Assembly (NCBI GenBank): GCA_964422025.1
Contig: CAYQYZ010000008.1
Coordinates: forward strand, 1-56,542
Origin: an uncultured Gammaproteobacteria bacterium
Lineage (GTDB): Bacteria; Patescibacteriota; Microgenomatia; UBA1406; HO2-37-13b
Length of the DNA stretch: 56,542 nucleotides
Reading direction: 5' to 3'
This document shows positions 1 to 8,171 of this stretch, piece by piece. The notes beneath the pieces are model-generated. The model ran no database searches. It was not told the origin of the DNA and saw nothing but the letters and a program-made list of their open reading frames with translations. Every line of letters starts with the position of its first letter. The stretch's first letter is position 1. Both the position numbers and the translations under genes were made by a program.

Positions 1-47
1 AGGTGGTACATGCCTGTTCAACCTGGTAGGTTGCCAAATTAGAGCTT

Positions 48-1061
48 CTAGATATGATTAGAAAGAAGTGAGACGAGGTCGACGAGTCTATTCGAATAGC
101 CCCATTCGTTGTCGTACCATCCGAAGATTTTTACAAAATTTCTATTTAAAACTTGCGTGTAATTCGGATCAAAGGTACATGAAAAAGGGGAGCCGATGTA
201 GTCGCTTGAAACCAAAGGAGTTTTTTCATATCCCAGGTATCTTTGCATGGTGCTTTCGGACATCTCCTTAAACAAAGCGTTAATCGCTTCCACGCTTGTT
301 TCTTTTTCTAACAAACACGTCATATCTGAAATAGATCCTACCGGCACGGGAACTCGCAATGCAATCGCTCCTAGTTGATCGGGGGTACAACTGGTCGTTT
401 TGCAAATCGCACTTGCTGCTCCGGTTGTTGTGGGGATAATTGAGAGCGTGGCTGCTCGTGAACGTGTTTCATTCTTTGATGCGTCATCCAACAATTCCTG
501 ACTACTTGTATACGCATGTACGGTGGTCAAGAAGGCCGACTTAATACCATAGGCGTCATCAAGCACCTTAGTCATAATAGCTGCGCAATTAGTGGTACAC
601 GAGGCGTTACTGATTATGTCGGTTCCCTTAAAATCAAAATCATCGCTATTTACTCCCAAAACAACGTGCTCAATGCTCTCATCTGAAACAGGAGCCGTTA
701 CAATTACTTTCTGAACTGTCGATTTAATGTGCTTTTGTAAATCCTCACGCGTTTTAAATGCACCCGTACAATCAATTACGACATCAATATTATGATCATC
801 CCAGGGAATTTCTGACGGCTCTTTGAAGTTATAACAAGCGATCTCACGGTGGCCAACGACAATTTTATCTCCTTTAGCCTCCACCGACGTATTAAGCGTT
901 CGATACACTGAGTCGTACTTGAGTAAATGGGCAAGAATTGGAGCCTTAGAATGTGCGGTATTTATCGCGCGAATTTCAATATCAGGGTTCTGCAAGGCAA
1001 TACGAGTAAAAGCTCGACCGATTCTTCCAAAACCATTTAATCCAACAGCAATCTTACGCAT
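48..1061 (-). CDS. gap: Type I glyceraldehyde-3-phosphate dehydrogenase
   Basis: N-terminal NGFGRIGR Rossmann motif, catalytic SNASCTTNC, C-terminal WYDNEWGYS; 337 aa. Confidence 0.97.
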   Translation of the reverse strand: MRKIAVGLNGFGRIGRAFTRIALQNPDIEIRAINTAHSKAPILAHLLKYDSVYRTLNTSVEAKGDKIVVGHREIACYNFKEPSEIPWDDHNIDVVIDCTGAFKTREDLQKHIKSTVQKVIVTAPVSDESIEHVVLGVNSDDFDFKGTDIISNASCTTNCAAIMTKVLDDAYGIKSAFLTTVHAYTSSQELLDDASKNETRSRAATLSIIPTTTGAASAICKTTSCTPDQLGAIALRVPVPVGSISDMTCLLEKETSVEAINALFKEMSESTMQRYLGYEKTPLVSSDYIGSPFSCTFDPNYTQVLNRNFVKIFGWYDNEWGYSNRLVDLVSLLSNHI

Positions 1062-1108
1062 AGTAAAAGATTACAGTATTTTGTGGGTAAAATCAATCAA
1101 GCGGGGGT

Positions 1109-1822
1109 TTATTCTTTGGCTGGTTCTTCGGCGGTTTCGCCTTCGGCAGCAGGAGTTTCGCCACCTTCAGCAGCACCTTCTTCGCCTTCTGCAGCAGCTT
1201 CACCTTCAACTTCAGGAATTGCAGATTCAAGGTCAGGCTCAACTGATTCTTCTACGTGTAAGTTAACACGAACAATGACTTTTTCAGGTTCATCCATAAC
1301 CTCATATGCTGCATTTTTTGGCAAGTCAGAAATTTTGATTTCGTCTCCGACTTCGACAAGTTTAGTTAAGTCAATTTCAATTGATTCTGGAAGATCGTCA
1401 GGCAATGCTTCAACGGTAAGATGGGTTGTTTGAGTAATCAAATCTCCACCTTTTTTAGTTGCAGCTTCTGATTCTCCGACGAACAAGAAAGGAACTGATG
1501 CTTCAATTTTTTTCTTCAAGTTAACTTTTCGGAAGTCTACGTGCAAGATATTTCCTGAAAGGGGGTGTTTTTGAGTGTTTTGAATAAGTACCGGAACGTC
1601 TTTCCCGTCAACATGAACGGTAATAACGCCTGTTTCTTTAGCGTGGCGATAAACCTTGGTAAATTCAATACGATCTACTGTTACTGATTGAGAAGCGAAA
1701 TCTTCACCATAAACATTTGCAGGAAGTTTGCCTTCGCGTCGAAGCTTTTTGACTCCTTTTCCAATGATTGTTCGTGCTTCTACTGAAAGTTCAAGTCGTA
1801 CTGGTTTTGTTGTTTTTGCCAT
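1109..1822 (-). CDS. rplY: 50S ribosomal protein bL25 (long CTC-type) with acidic Glu/Gly/Ala tail
   Basis: LRREGKLPANVYG and QKHPLSGNILHVDF motifs; C-terminal domain and low-complexity acidic tail. Confidence 0.93.
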   Translation of the reverse strand: MAKTTKPVRLELSVEARTIIGKGVKKLRREGKLPANVYGEDFASQSVTVDRIEFTKVYRHAKETGVITVHVDGKDVPVLIQNTQKHPLSGNILHVDFRKVNLKKKIEASVPFLFVGESEAATKKGGDLITQTTHLTVEALPDDLPESIEIDLTKLVEVGDEIKISDLPKNAAYEVMDEPEKVIVRVNLHVEESVEPDLESAIPEVEGEAAAEGEEGAAEGGETPAAEGETAEEPAKE

Positions 1823-1837
1823 ATTAATGTAAGTTCT

Positions 1838-4087
1838 TCACCGCTTGATAAGTTCAAGAATGAATATCTTATTTCCTGATAGAGTTGTATTGTACGCGAT
1901 TGTACCGTTTTTTTCAAGGGCAGGATAATTCTTGTTCTTAATGGTTATGTTTTTAGGCAGTGAAACCGTCATAGTAACGTTGGTATTCAAGCTGCCGATT
2001 TGCTTTTGGAGCGCCAATTGATACGTATTTGCTCCTTGTTTTATTTTTTGATTTAAGCTGTACCGAACTTCTACAATATCTTTACTCTGCTTTTCAGTCA
2101 GAACGAGCAACTCGATCGATTTAAAGTAGGCAGTGCTTTTTTCGGTAAAATCATCTACCTCTTTTCCATTAACTAAGACCTTTTTAACAGTCGCACTCCG
2201 GGGAATATAGAGTCGAAAGAAGTTTTTATAGTCGCCACCGAATTCATTATCAGGGGAATCGTTTTGAATGTGGGAAGTAAAGGAATTGTGCACGGTGCCA
2301 TCTTGATCGATTTGAGTATTTATTCCAAACTCTCGAGAAACAAAGAAATTAGCTTTATTTACCCCCAAATTTGCATCAATAGGAATAAGCGAATTGCTTA
2401 TACAAACAGTGTTGCGTATACATTCAGACTGCAAAATCGCTCCTCCCCAGCCGGTTTGGGTAATTGTCTGTTGAATTGTCGGATCGGTGAAATTAAGAAC
2501 GATATGTTTTTCTTCAAGGCTTTGAAGCATATTTCGGCCCAGTGCGCCTTTATTTACCCCTCCTAAGTTTGCCAGCATTGTTTGTAGTAACGCCGAAAGG
2601 AAGCTTTTCTTTTGTGTAGACCCCGGGAAAAAATTAGTTTGCGCACGTTCTTGAGTTTTAAGGTAGAAATTGTTTTTATCCACCGTTTCTTTATAATCGG
2701 GCACGTAGAGCGTTCCAAATGCATCAATTACATTGGTAATTCCCGTTGTTGTTATTCCAATTGCTCCATCAAACGCTGTAAATCTCATTTCTTTTTCCAA
2801 AAAAACCTGGGCATTTTTTACGTTTTCAGGAAAGTCCGGGGAAAAGTTGGAATCGCGCAGAAACCAGTGGGGTTGTTGTAGATGATCTCGAATAGCTTCC
2901 GGGGGTTCCAGGTGAACTTTTAGTTGTCCATCAGCGTCATACACGTCATATACAATCAAATCCTTCATTGTGTAATTGTCAAAGTTTACCGTTGCAAACG
3001 ATCCTAAAAATCCGCCTCCTGGTCGCAATTCCATGTTATTGTAAAAAAACAGAACGTAGCGTTTTGCCGCTTTGCCTCCCAGCAGGGTATCGAGGTTATT
3101 ACTTAATTGTCTAACGCGGGTAAGTGTTAATACTGCGCCGTCAAGATCACTATGAACGGAGACGGGAATTTTCACGGGTAATGAATCAATGTTGCGCGAT
3201 AATACCAAACTCGTTTCGTGTAAGCGTTGAATATCGCGATTCATACGTACAATATCGGCTCTAATTTGCGCGACTTGATTCGGTGTTTTATTCTCGTCGA
3301 GCATGAGCGATAGTATGTTGGACGCCCGTTTTTCAATAGAAAGAGAATAAGTCATCATACCTGAAGTTGCGTTTACGGTAGTCATGAGAGAGTCTGGTAA
3401 TAACGCAAGGGAAAAGAACGACAGGGTAGGACGGGCCATGGAATACAAGAGCTCTCCTCCTTTTAGAAATGGCTTTGCGTGTGAAAGAGCTCGTGAAGAC
3501 GCGGTTAAATTATTGCTGCGAGCCTCTTTAATCGACTTATATAAAAAACCTGCCCCAATTCCCATAGGAATTAAAAAAGATACTTCGAATAGAAGAAAAA
3601 ATATTAAGAAATATGCCATTGCCCGACGACGCGAAGGGGGCTTTGGCCATCGGAAGTGTATCCGTCGCACACTTTTGCTCACACTCGGCTTTAACGTATG
3701 GGTTAAATCAAGAACTCGGTTCGCGTTTGATGCAAAAACAAATCCAAGGATCGTCTCAATATTCTCGGTCGAAGCGTGTTTATTAGTGACTACAATACGT
3801 ACGGCAGGATTGTCTTTAAGTATTTTCTCGATTTCTCTCTTACTTATAGAGTACGTTATAAGTACGCTCTGCGAGAGAGACTTGGGAGTAGACGCATTCT
3901 TTGGTAATTTTTCAAAGAAGAAGACTCTCTTATATATAGATAATTGTGAAGGGACAGATGCACTTGCGAAGGTGTCAATATTGTACGTCTTTAGACGTTG
4001 TGCCAAGGCGGAAATAAGCTGCGTTTCTTTTGTGTATACCAACAACACTTTTTCATTTTCTATAATTTCTTCGTGAAATAGTTTCAT
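1838..4087 (-). CDS. DUF4012-domain membrane-anchored protein
   Basis: FYNNMELRPGGGFLGS, LRDSNFSPDFP and DANLGVNKAN motifs; one TM segment near aa 165-190. ORF track starts at 4123; ATG at 4087 preferred. Confidence 0.8.
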   Translation of the reverse strand: MKLFHEEIIENEKVLLVYTKETQLISALAQRLKTYNIDTFASASVPSQLSIYKRVFFFEKLPKNASTPKSLSQSVLITYSISKREIEKILKDNPAVRIVVTNKHASTENIETILGFVFASNANRVLDLTHTLKPSVSKSVRRIHFRWPKPPSRRRAMAYFLIFFLLFEVSFLIPMGIGAGFLYKSIKEARSNNLTASSRALSHAKPFLKGGELLYSMARPTLSFFSLALLPDSLMTTVNATSGMMTYSLSIEKRASNILSLMLDENKTPNQVAQIRADIVRMNRDIQRLHETSLVLSRNIDSLPVKIPVSVHSDLDGAVLTLTRVRQLSNNLDTLLGGKAAKRYVLFFYNNMELRPGGGFLGSFATVNFDNYTMKDLIVYDVYDADGQLKVHLEPPEAIRDHLQQPHWFLRDSNFSPDFPENVKNAQVFLEKEMRFTAFDGAIGITTTGITNVIDAFGTLYVPDYKETVDKNNFYLKTQERAQTNFFPGSTQKKSFLSALLQTMLANLGGVNKGALGRNMLQSLEEKHIVLNFTDPTIQQTITQTGWGGAILQSECIRNTVCISNSLIPIDANLGVNKANFFVSREFGINTQIDQDGTVHNSFTSHIQNDSPDNEFGGDYKNFFRLYIPRSATVKKVLVNGKEVDDFTEKSTAYFKSIELLVLTEKQSKDIVEVRYSLNQKIKQGANTYQLALQKQIGSLNTNVTMTVSLPKNITIKNKNYPALEKNGTIAYNTTLSGNKIFILELIKR

Positions 4088-4128
4088 AGCTTGGGTAACA
4101 TTATAATATAATAGCCTCAACAAACCGT

Positions 4129-4587
4129 ATGCCTATACTTTCATATAACCAAGCACAGGAAATAGTTCCAACCATTAAAAACTCTGTTGGGGTGAGCGGA
4201 TGTTTTGATATTCTTCATGTGGGGCATTTACATTTTCTACAAGAAGCTCGTACGCACGGAGAGCATCTTATAATACTGCTTGAAGGCGATGAGTTTATTA
4301 CGAAAGCAAAAAATCGCAGTTCTTTTCACACACAAGCTGAACGGGCAGAGATTTTAAGTGCATTAAAATTTGTGGATTACGTTGTTGTGCTTCCATATTT
4401 ACCTGACGAAGCCGCGTACGCGAAAATGTATTCAGAAATCTCACTCCACACGCTTGTTGTGAGCACACATGACCCATACAGAGTTAAAAAACAAGAACAA
4501 ATAGAACATGCGCAAGGAAAAGTAATTCTTATTGATACTTTTGTTCAGAATAAATCTACGTCAAAAATTCTAGAGTACTTTGGATAG
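4129..4587 (+). CDS. Stand-alone cytidylyl/adenylyltransferase (HxGH superfamily; RibL/TagD/RfaE-II-like)
   Basis: GCFDILHVGH signature, ERAEILSALKFVDYV, terminal STS; 152 aa. Confidence 0.85.
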   Translation: MPILSYNQAQEIVPTIKNSVGVSGCFDILHVGHLHFLQEARTHGEHLIILLEGDEFITKAKNRSSFHTQAERAEILSALKFVDYVVVLPYLPDEAAYAKMYSEISLHTLVVSTHDPYRVKKQEQIEHAQGKVILIDTFVQNKSTSKILEYFG

Positions 4588-4593
4588 ACTGTC

Positions 4594-4621
4594 TGTCATC
4601 CCGAACTCGTTTCGGGATCTC
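4594..4621 (+). repeat. REP-like 28-nt palindromic repeat (TGTCAT...ATCTC family), copy 1
   Basis: TGTCATCCCGAACTCGTTTCGGGATCTC; 8-bp stem ATCCCGAA/TTCGGGAT; 25/28 identical to the reverse complement of 37953-37980. Confidence 0.8.
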
Positions 4622-4633
4622 GGAGAATACACA

Positions 4634-4670
4634 ACACATAACACGCACTTACCTGTCGCGTGTTATGTGT
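4634..4670. terminator. Strong hairpin between convergent genes, probable bidirectional terminator
   Basis: Perfect 13-bp inverted repeat ACACATAACACGC / GCGTGTTATGTGT with an 11-nt loop; no clear adjacent U tract. Confidence 0.55.
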
Positions 4671-4688
4671 AATGGGTTGTTGAAAAAA

Positions 4689-4835
4689 TTATTCAGCTGC
4701 TCCGATTTTATACATTCCGGTTCCACAAACTGGACACTTTCCTTTCATAGCTGGACGACCATTTTTCATGGTAACAGCTTCTGCTTCAAGAGCTTCACGT
4801 TTTTCTCGACATTTTACACAATACATCATTGCCAT
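4689..4835 (-). CDS. 48-aa DUF5679-like zinc-ribbon protein (absent from ORF track)
   Basis: Manual translation MAMMYCVKCREKREALEAEAVTMKNGRPAMKGKCPVCGTGMYKIGAAE*; two CxxC pairs; strong SD GAGGAGGTG just upstream. Confidence 0.85.
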   Translation of the reverse strand: MAMMYCVKCREKREALEAEAVTMKNGRPAMKGKCPVCGTGMYKIGAAE

Positions 4836-4864
4836 ATGTTTCACCTCCTCACTTACGGTACTTT

Positions 4865-5065
4865 CTAGGCACCGGTACCCATAAGGTTAGCATAAAAAAT
4901 TAGAAATTCAAGGGCAAATAGGATTGCGATGATAATCGCAGTTTTTTTTAAGTCTGAAATTGCGAACTGTTTAACTACATCTTCTTCAGAGTGTTTTGTG
5001 GCGGCTACTTCGGTTTGGACTGTTGCCGAAAGGTTCTTTTTGAACTTTCTATTTTTTTTACCCAT
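4865..5065 (-). CDS. Small hypothetical protein, basic N-terminus and C-terminal TM helix
   Basis: 66 aa, MGKKNRKFKK start, hydrophobic C-terminus; co-oriented directly upstream of the DUF5679-like gene. Confidence 0.6.
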   Translation of the reverse strand: MGKKNRKFKKNLSATVQTEVAATKHSEEDVVKQFAISDLKKTAIIIAILFALEFLIFYANLMGTGA

Positions 5066-5168
5066 AATTTTTTGAGCAGAACTTTTATTTGTTGCTCATG
5101 TTTTATCATAATTGTGCTTATTTGTAAAGCGAATGCGATTAAATACTATATCGATAGTATACTACTGT

Positions 5169-5963
5169 ATGAATTCTGAAGGACTGAAAGCATTCATAGA
5201 TAGGAAGCGTCGCTTGGAAATAGAGCGCCCTGAGTTCATTGTTGAACCCCGGCTCATTGCTCTTGACGGTGCTGATGGGACTGGTAAGTCTACACTAGCT
5301 GAAGTTATAGCCAAACAGCTGCGAGCCCATTACGGTGAAGATCGAGTTGTTGTAGTAATAACAAATGCTCTTAAGGACCCTGCGCAAACCAGGCTCCATA
5401 CTGCCATTGGAAGCTCTAGAGAAAATGGCGACATACTTCGTCTTCGTCGATCGTGGCTAGCTGGAGCCAATAGAGCCTACGCGTACATAGATGAGCTCCT
5501 TGCAGAAGGAAAGATTGTTGTGCTTGATAAAACTGAAGTTGGACAACTTGCATATTCTCGTACTAAAGGGGATCCTAAAATTATTTCCATGACGGAACAG
5601 GCTATTCAAGACGGATCGGTTACGCATCGGTTACTTCCGGGGACACGGATCGTCCTGCGAAATACGGTCGAAACAATTAGTCAAAATCTAGATATCAGGC
5701 GACAGGACGGAAGTCTTAGTGAATACGATCCCCAGGATAATAGAGAGATTGAGGATCGCTTGGTAGCAGTTAAAGAGGCGCTACAGCTATACGATCGACT
5801 GCCAAACGGCCATATGGTAAAAACTTTTTATTTAGATACTCTCTCTAGAGAAGAAGCCCTTGTAGATGGGGCATTAGATAGATTAGTAGCACCACAGGTT
5901 GCCCAGATATGCGCCGATATTGACGCGACGCAAATGAGATCGGGTTTTAGCAGCTTATTCTAG
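5169..5963 (+). CDS. Divergent thymidylate-kinase-like P-loop kinase
   Basis: IALDGADGTGKST P-loop; GKIVVLDK in place of the canonical dTMP kinase DR motif. ORF track starts at 5112; ATG 5169 follows a TATACT box. Confidence 0.6.
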   Translation: MNSEGLKAFIDRKRRLEIERPEFIVEPRLIALDGADGTGKSTLAEVIAKQLRAHYGEDRVVVVITNALKDPAQTRLHTAIGSSRENGDILRLRRSWLAGANRAYAYIDELLAEGKIVVLDKTEVGQLAYSRTKGDPKIISMTEQAIQDGSVTHRLLPGTRIVLRNTVETISQNLDIRRQDGSLSEYDPQDNREIEDRLVAVKEALQLYDRLPNGHMVKTFYLDTLSREEALVDGALDRLVAPQVAQICADIDATQMRSGFSSLF

Positions 5964-6000
5964 TTGAAAATTCCCCCTTCACAGTTATACAATGGTACCA

Positions 6001-6450
6001 ATGACTGTTCTGTACGCCGTCGTTGGCATTTCTTTTTTATGGCTCGTTGTTTTAACTGTTCTCATTTTAAAGTTAAAAAAACATTATAACGGCCTTATTG
6101 GTCACACCGGCAAAAAAACACTTGACTCGATATTAGATGGAATTATCTCGGAAGATAAACGGTTCGAGCAAGAAATTCATGCATTAAAGAAAGAATTGGG
6201 CGAGTTGAGCAGCAAGTCACACTTTCATTTTCAGAAAGTTGGACTGGTTCGGTTCAATCCATTCGAACGAATGGGTGGGGAGCAGAGTTTTATCCTGTCT
6301 TTTTTGGATGGAAAAAACAATGGTATAATTTTAAACTTTTTGTATACTAAAGAAGGAGTTCGAGTTTATTCAAAACGAATATCCGAAGGCAAAAGCGATG
6401 ATTACGAACTTTCCAAAGAAGAAAAAGAAGCGTTAACAAACGCAAAATAA
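6001..6450 (+). CDS. DUF4446 family protein
   Basis: N-terminal TM, coiled coil, QKVGLVRFNPF...QSF...LD...NG...YSK pattern. Alternative start 5992. Confidence 0.8.
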   Translation: MTVLYAVVGISFLWLVVLTVLILKLKKHYNGLIGHTGKKTLDSILDGIISEDKRFEQEIHALKKELGELSSKSHFHFQKVGLVRFNPFERMGGEQSFILSFLDGKNNGIILNFLYTKEGVRVYSKRISEGKSDDYELSKEEKEALTNAK

Positions 6451-6451
6451 T

Positions 6452-7594
6452 ATGAATAATAGACTTATTGCAGGTATTGGAATACTCTTATTTGTTCTTT
6501 CAACATATTTTTCATATGCATATTTTAGCTCAGGTACTTCACTTTCAAAAATTGCAGATAACGTAAAAAATGCAGCGCAATTATCGACTCTTACTATTAA
6601 TCCTAATGATCCAAAAACCGAAGAATGTCCATTAAACGGAAAAATGCTTACAAAGCAGCATAAGGATGCGTGGGAAGCTCGTCGTCCCCTTGGAGTAGCT
6701 ATTGAAAACCATGCTGAATCTCGTCCACAATCCGGACTTTCAAATGCCGATATTGTATTCGAAGCAGTTGCCGAAGGCGGAATTACCCGATTCTTGGCAG
6801 TATTTTATTGTGAAGATGCGCCTCGCATTGGCCCAGTCCGCTCGGCTCGAATCTATTTCTTAGAATTACTTCAGGGTTTTGGTGATTCTCCATTGTATGC
6901 TCACGTAGGTGGAGCGAATACTCCTGGTCCGGCCGATGCATTAGGAGAAATTCGAGAACTTGGTTGGGATGGATACAATGATCTAAATCAGTTTGCCGTT
7001 CCGTTCCCTATTTACTATCGTGACTACGAATTATTGCCAAATGTTGCAACGGAGCACACAATGTATTCTTCAACACAAAAACTATGGCAATTCGCTTCTA
7101 ATAAACGAGGTCTTTCAAATGTTGCTAAAGACGGAACAGCTTGGACACAAGGATTTAAACCATTAAAATTCAAAAAAGACGAAGCTGGCAAGGCAACAGC
7201 TTCAACAATCTCATTTGACTTCTGGACTCCGGGAACATATTCAGTCAAATGGCAATATGACGCGCCTTCAAACAGTTACAAACGATTCCATGCGGCGAGC
7301 GCGCACATTGACAACAATTCAAGTAAGCAGTTAGTTACTAAAAATGTCGTCGTAGCTTTCATGAAAGAATCTCCGGCAAACGATGGGTATGAAGGTGGAC
7401 ATTTGTTGTACAAAACCACAGGTTCTGGTAAAGCGCTTATATTTATGGACGGAAAAGCTGTGGAAGGTCAATGGGAACGAACTAAAGTAACCGAATCGTT
7501 ACAATTCTTTGATGCGTCAGGTACCCAAATCTCCTTCAACCGCGGTCAGATCTTTGTCGAAGTTGTTCCACAAGGAAATGACGTGAATTACTAA
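6452..7594 (+). CDS. DUF3048 (YerB-like) exported protein
   Basis: IENHAESRPQSGL..ADIVFEAVAEGGITRF and GPVRSARIYF motifs; N-terminal anchor. Confidence 0.88.
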   Translation: MNNRLIAGIGILLFVLSTYFSYAYFSSGTSLSKIADNVKNAAQLSTLTINPNDPKTEECPLNGKMLTKQHKDAWEARRPLGVAIENHAESRPQSGLSNADIVFEAVAEGGITRFLAVFYCEDAPRIGPVRSARIYFLELLQGFGDSPLYAHVGGANTPGPADALGEIRELGWDGYNDLNQFAVPFPIYYRDYELLPNVATEHTMYSSTQKLWQFASNKRGLSNVAKDGTAWTQGFKPLKFKKDEAGKATASTISFDFWTPGTYSVKWQYDAPSNSYKRFHAASAHIDNNSSKQLVTKNVVVAFMKESPANDGYEGGHLLYKTTGSGKALIFMDGKAVEGQWERTKVTESLQFFDASGTQISFNRGQIFVEVVPQGNDVNY

Positions 7595-7595
7595 C

Positions 7596-8171
7596 GTGTT
7601 AGCTCGTATAATCCCATCTCAAACCCGCCGTAAAGTTTTAGCGCTATTTTTCCAGAATTCTTCTGAAATGTATCACATGCGTCGCATTGGCCGTGAAATT
7701 AATGAAGAAATTAATGCGGTAAAACGGGAATTGGGTATTTTGGAAAAAGAAGGTGTTTTGAATAAAGAGCAGCGAGTTAATAAAATTATGTACAGTTTGG
7801 ATCCTAAATATCGGTTCTATGACGAGTTTTTACGCATGTTTGCCAAAGAAAATGAACTTTCTAAACAAATATATAAAAACGTTTCAAAACTTGGAAAACT
7901 TAAGTTTGTTGCGGTTTCCTTAAAATACGCACAAAAAAAGCCCGCCAAAGAAGGTGAAATTTATGTGTTATTTGTCGGAGTAGTTGTAATTGCAGAAGTT
8001 GCTGCTATACTATCAGAACAAGAGAAAACGTTTGGATCGGAAATAAATTATACGGTAATGACCGAAGATGAATTAAAATTTCGCAAAAAAAATAACGATC
8101 CATTTATTTGGCACTTCTTAAAAGAACCAAAAATTATGCTTGTCGGAGTTGAATCCGAACTTACCACATGA
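7596..8171 (+). CDS. Winged-helix DNA-binding protein with degenerate nucleotidyltransferase-like C-terminal domain
   Basis: SQTRRKVLALFF...REINEEINAVKREL wHTH pattern; C-terminal EIYVLFVG and EINYTVMTEDE; GTG start; stop overlaps secD start (ATGA). Confidence 0.65.
   Translation: MLARIIPSQTRRKVLALFFQNSSEMYHMRRIGREINEEINAVKRELGILEKEGVLNKEQRVNKIMYSLDPKYRFYDEFLRMFAKENELSKQIYKNVSKLGKLKFVAVSLKYAQKKPAKEGEIYVLFVGVVVIAEVAAILSEQEKTFGSEINYTVMTEDELKFRKKNNDPFIWHFLKEPKIMLVGVESELTT

Noticed and set aside
1109-1230. Short nucleotide repeats at the rplY 3' end, and Pro/Thr repeats at 51880-52000
   Set aside because: These are coding low-complexity linkers (Glu/Gly/Ala tail; PT-rich linker), not DNA repeat arrays.
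3384-4076. 230-aa + strand ORF, and similar shadow ORFs (e.g. 11822-12292, 13260-13712, 37905-38324, 38559-38840, 44470-44682)
   Set aside because: They lie antisense to or out of frame with well-supported genes or repeats, have no family motifs and show atypical composition.
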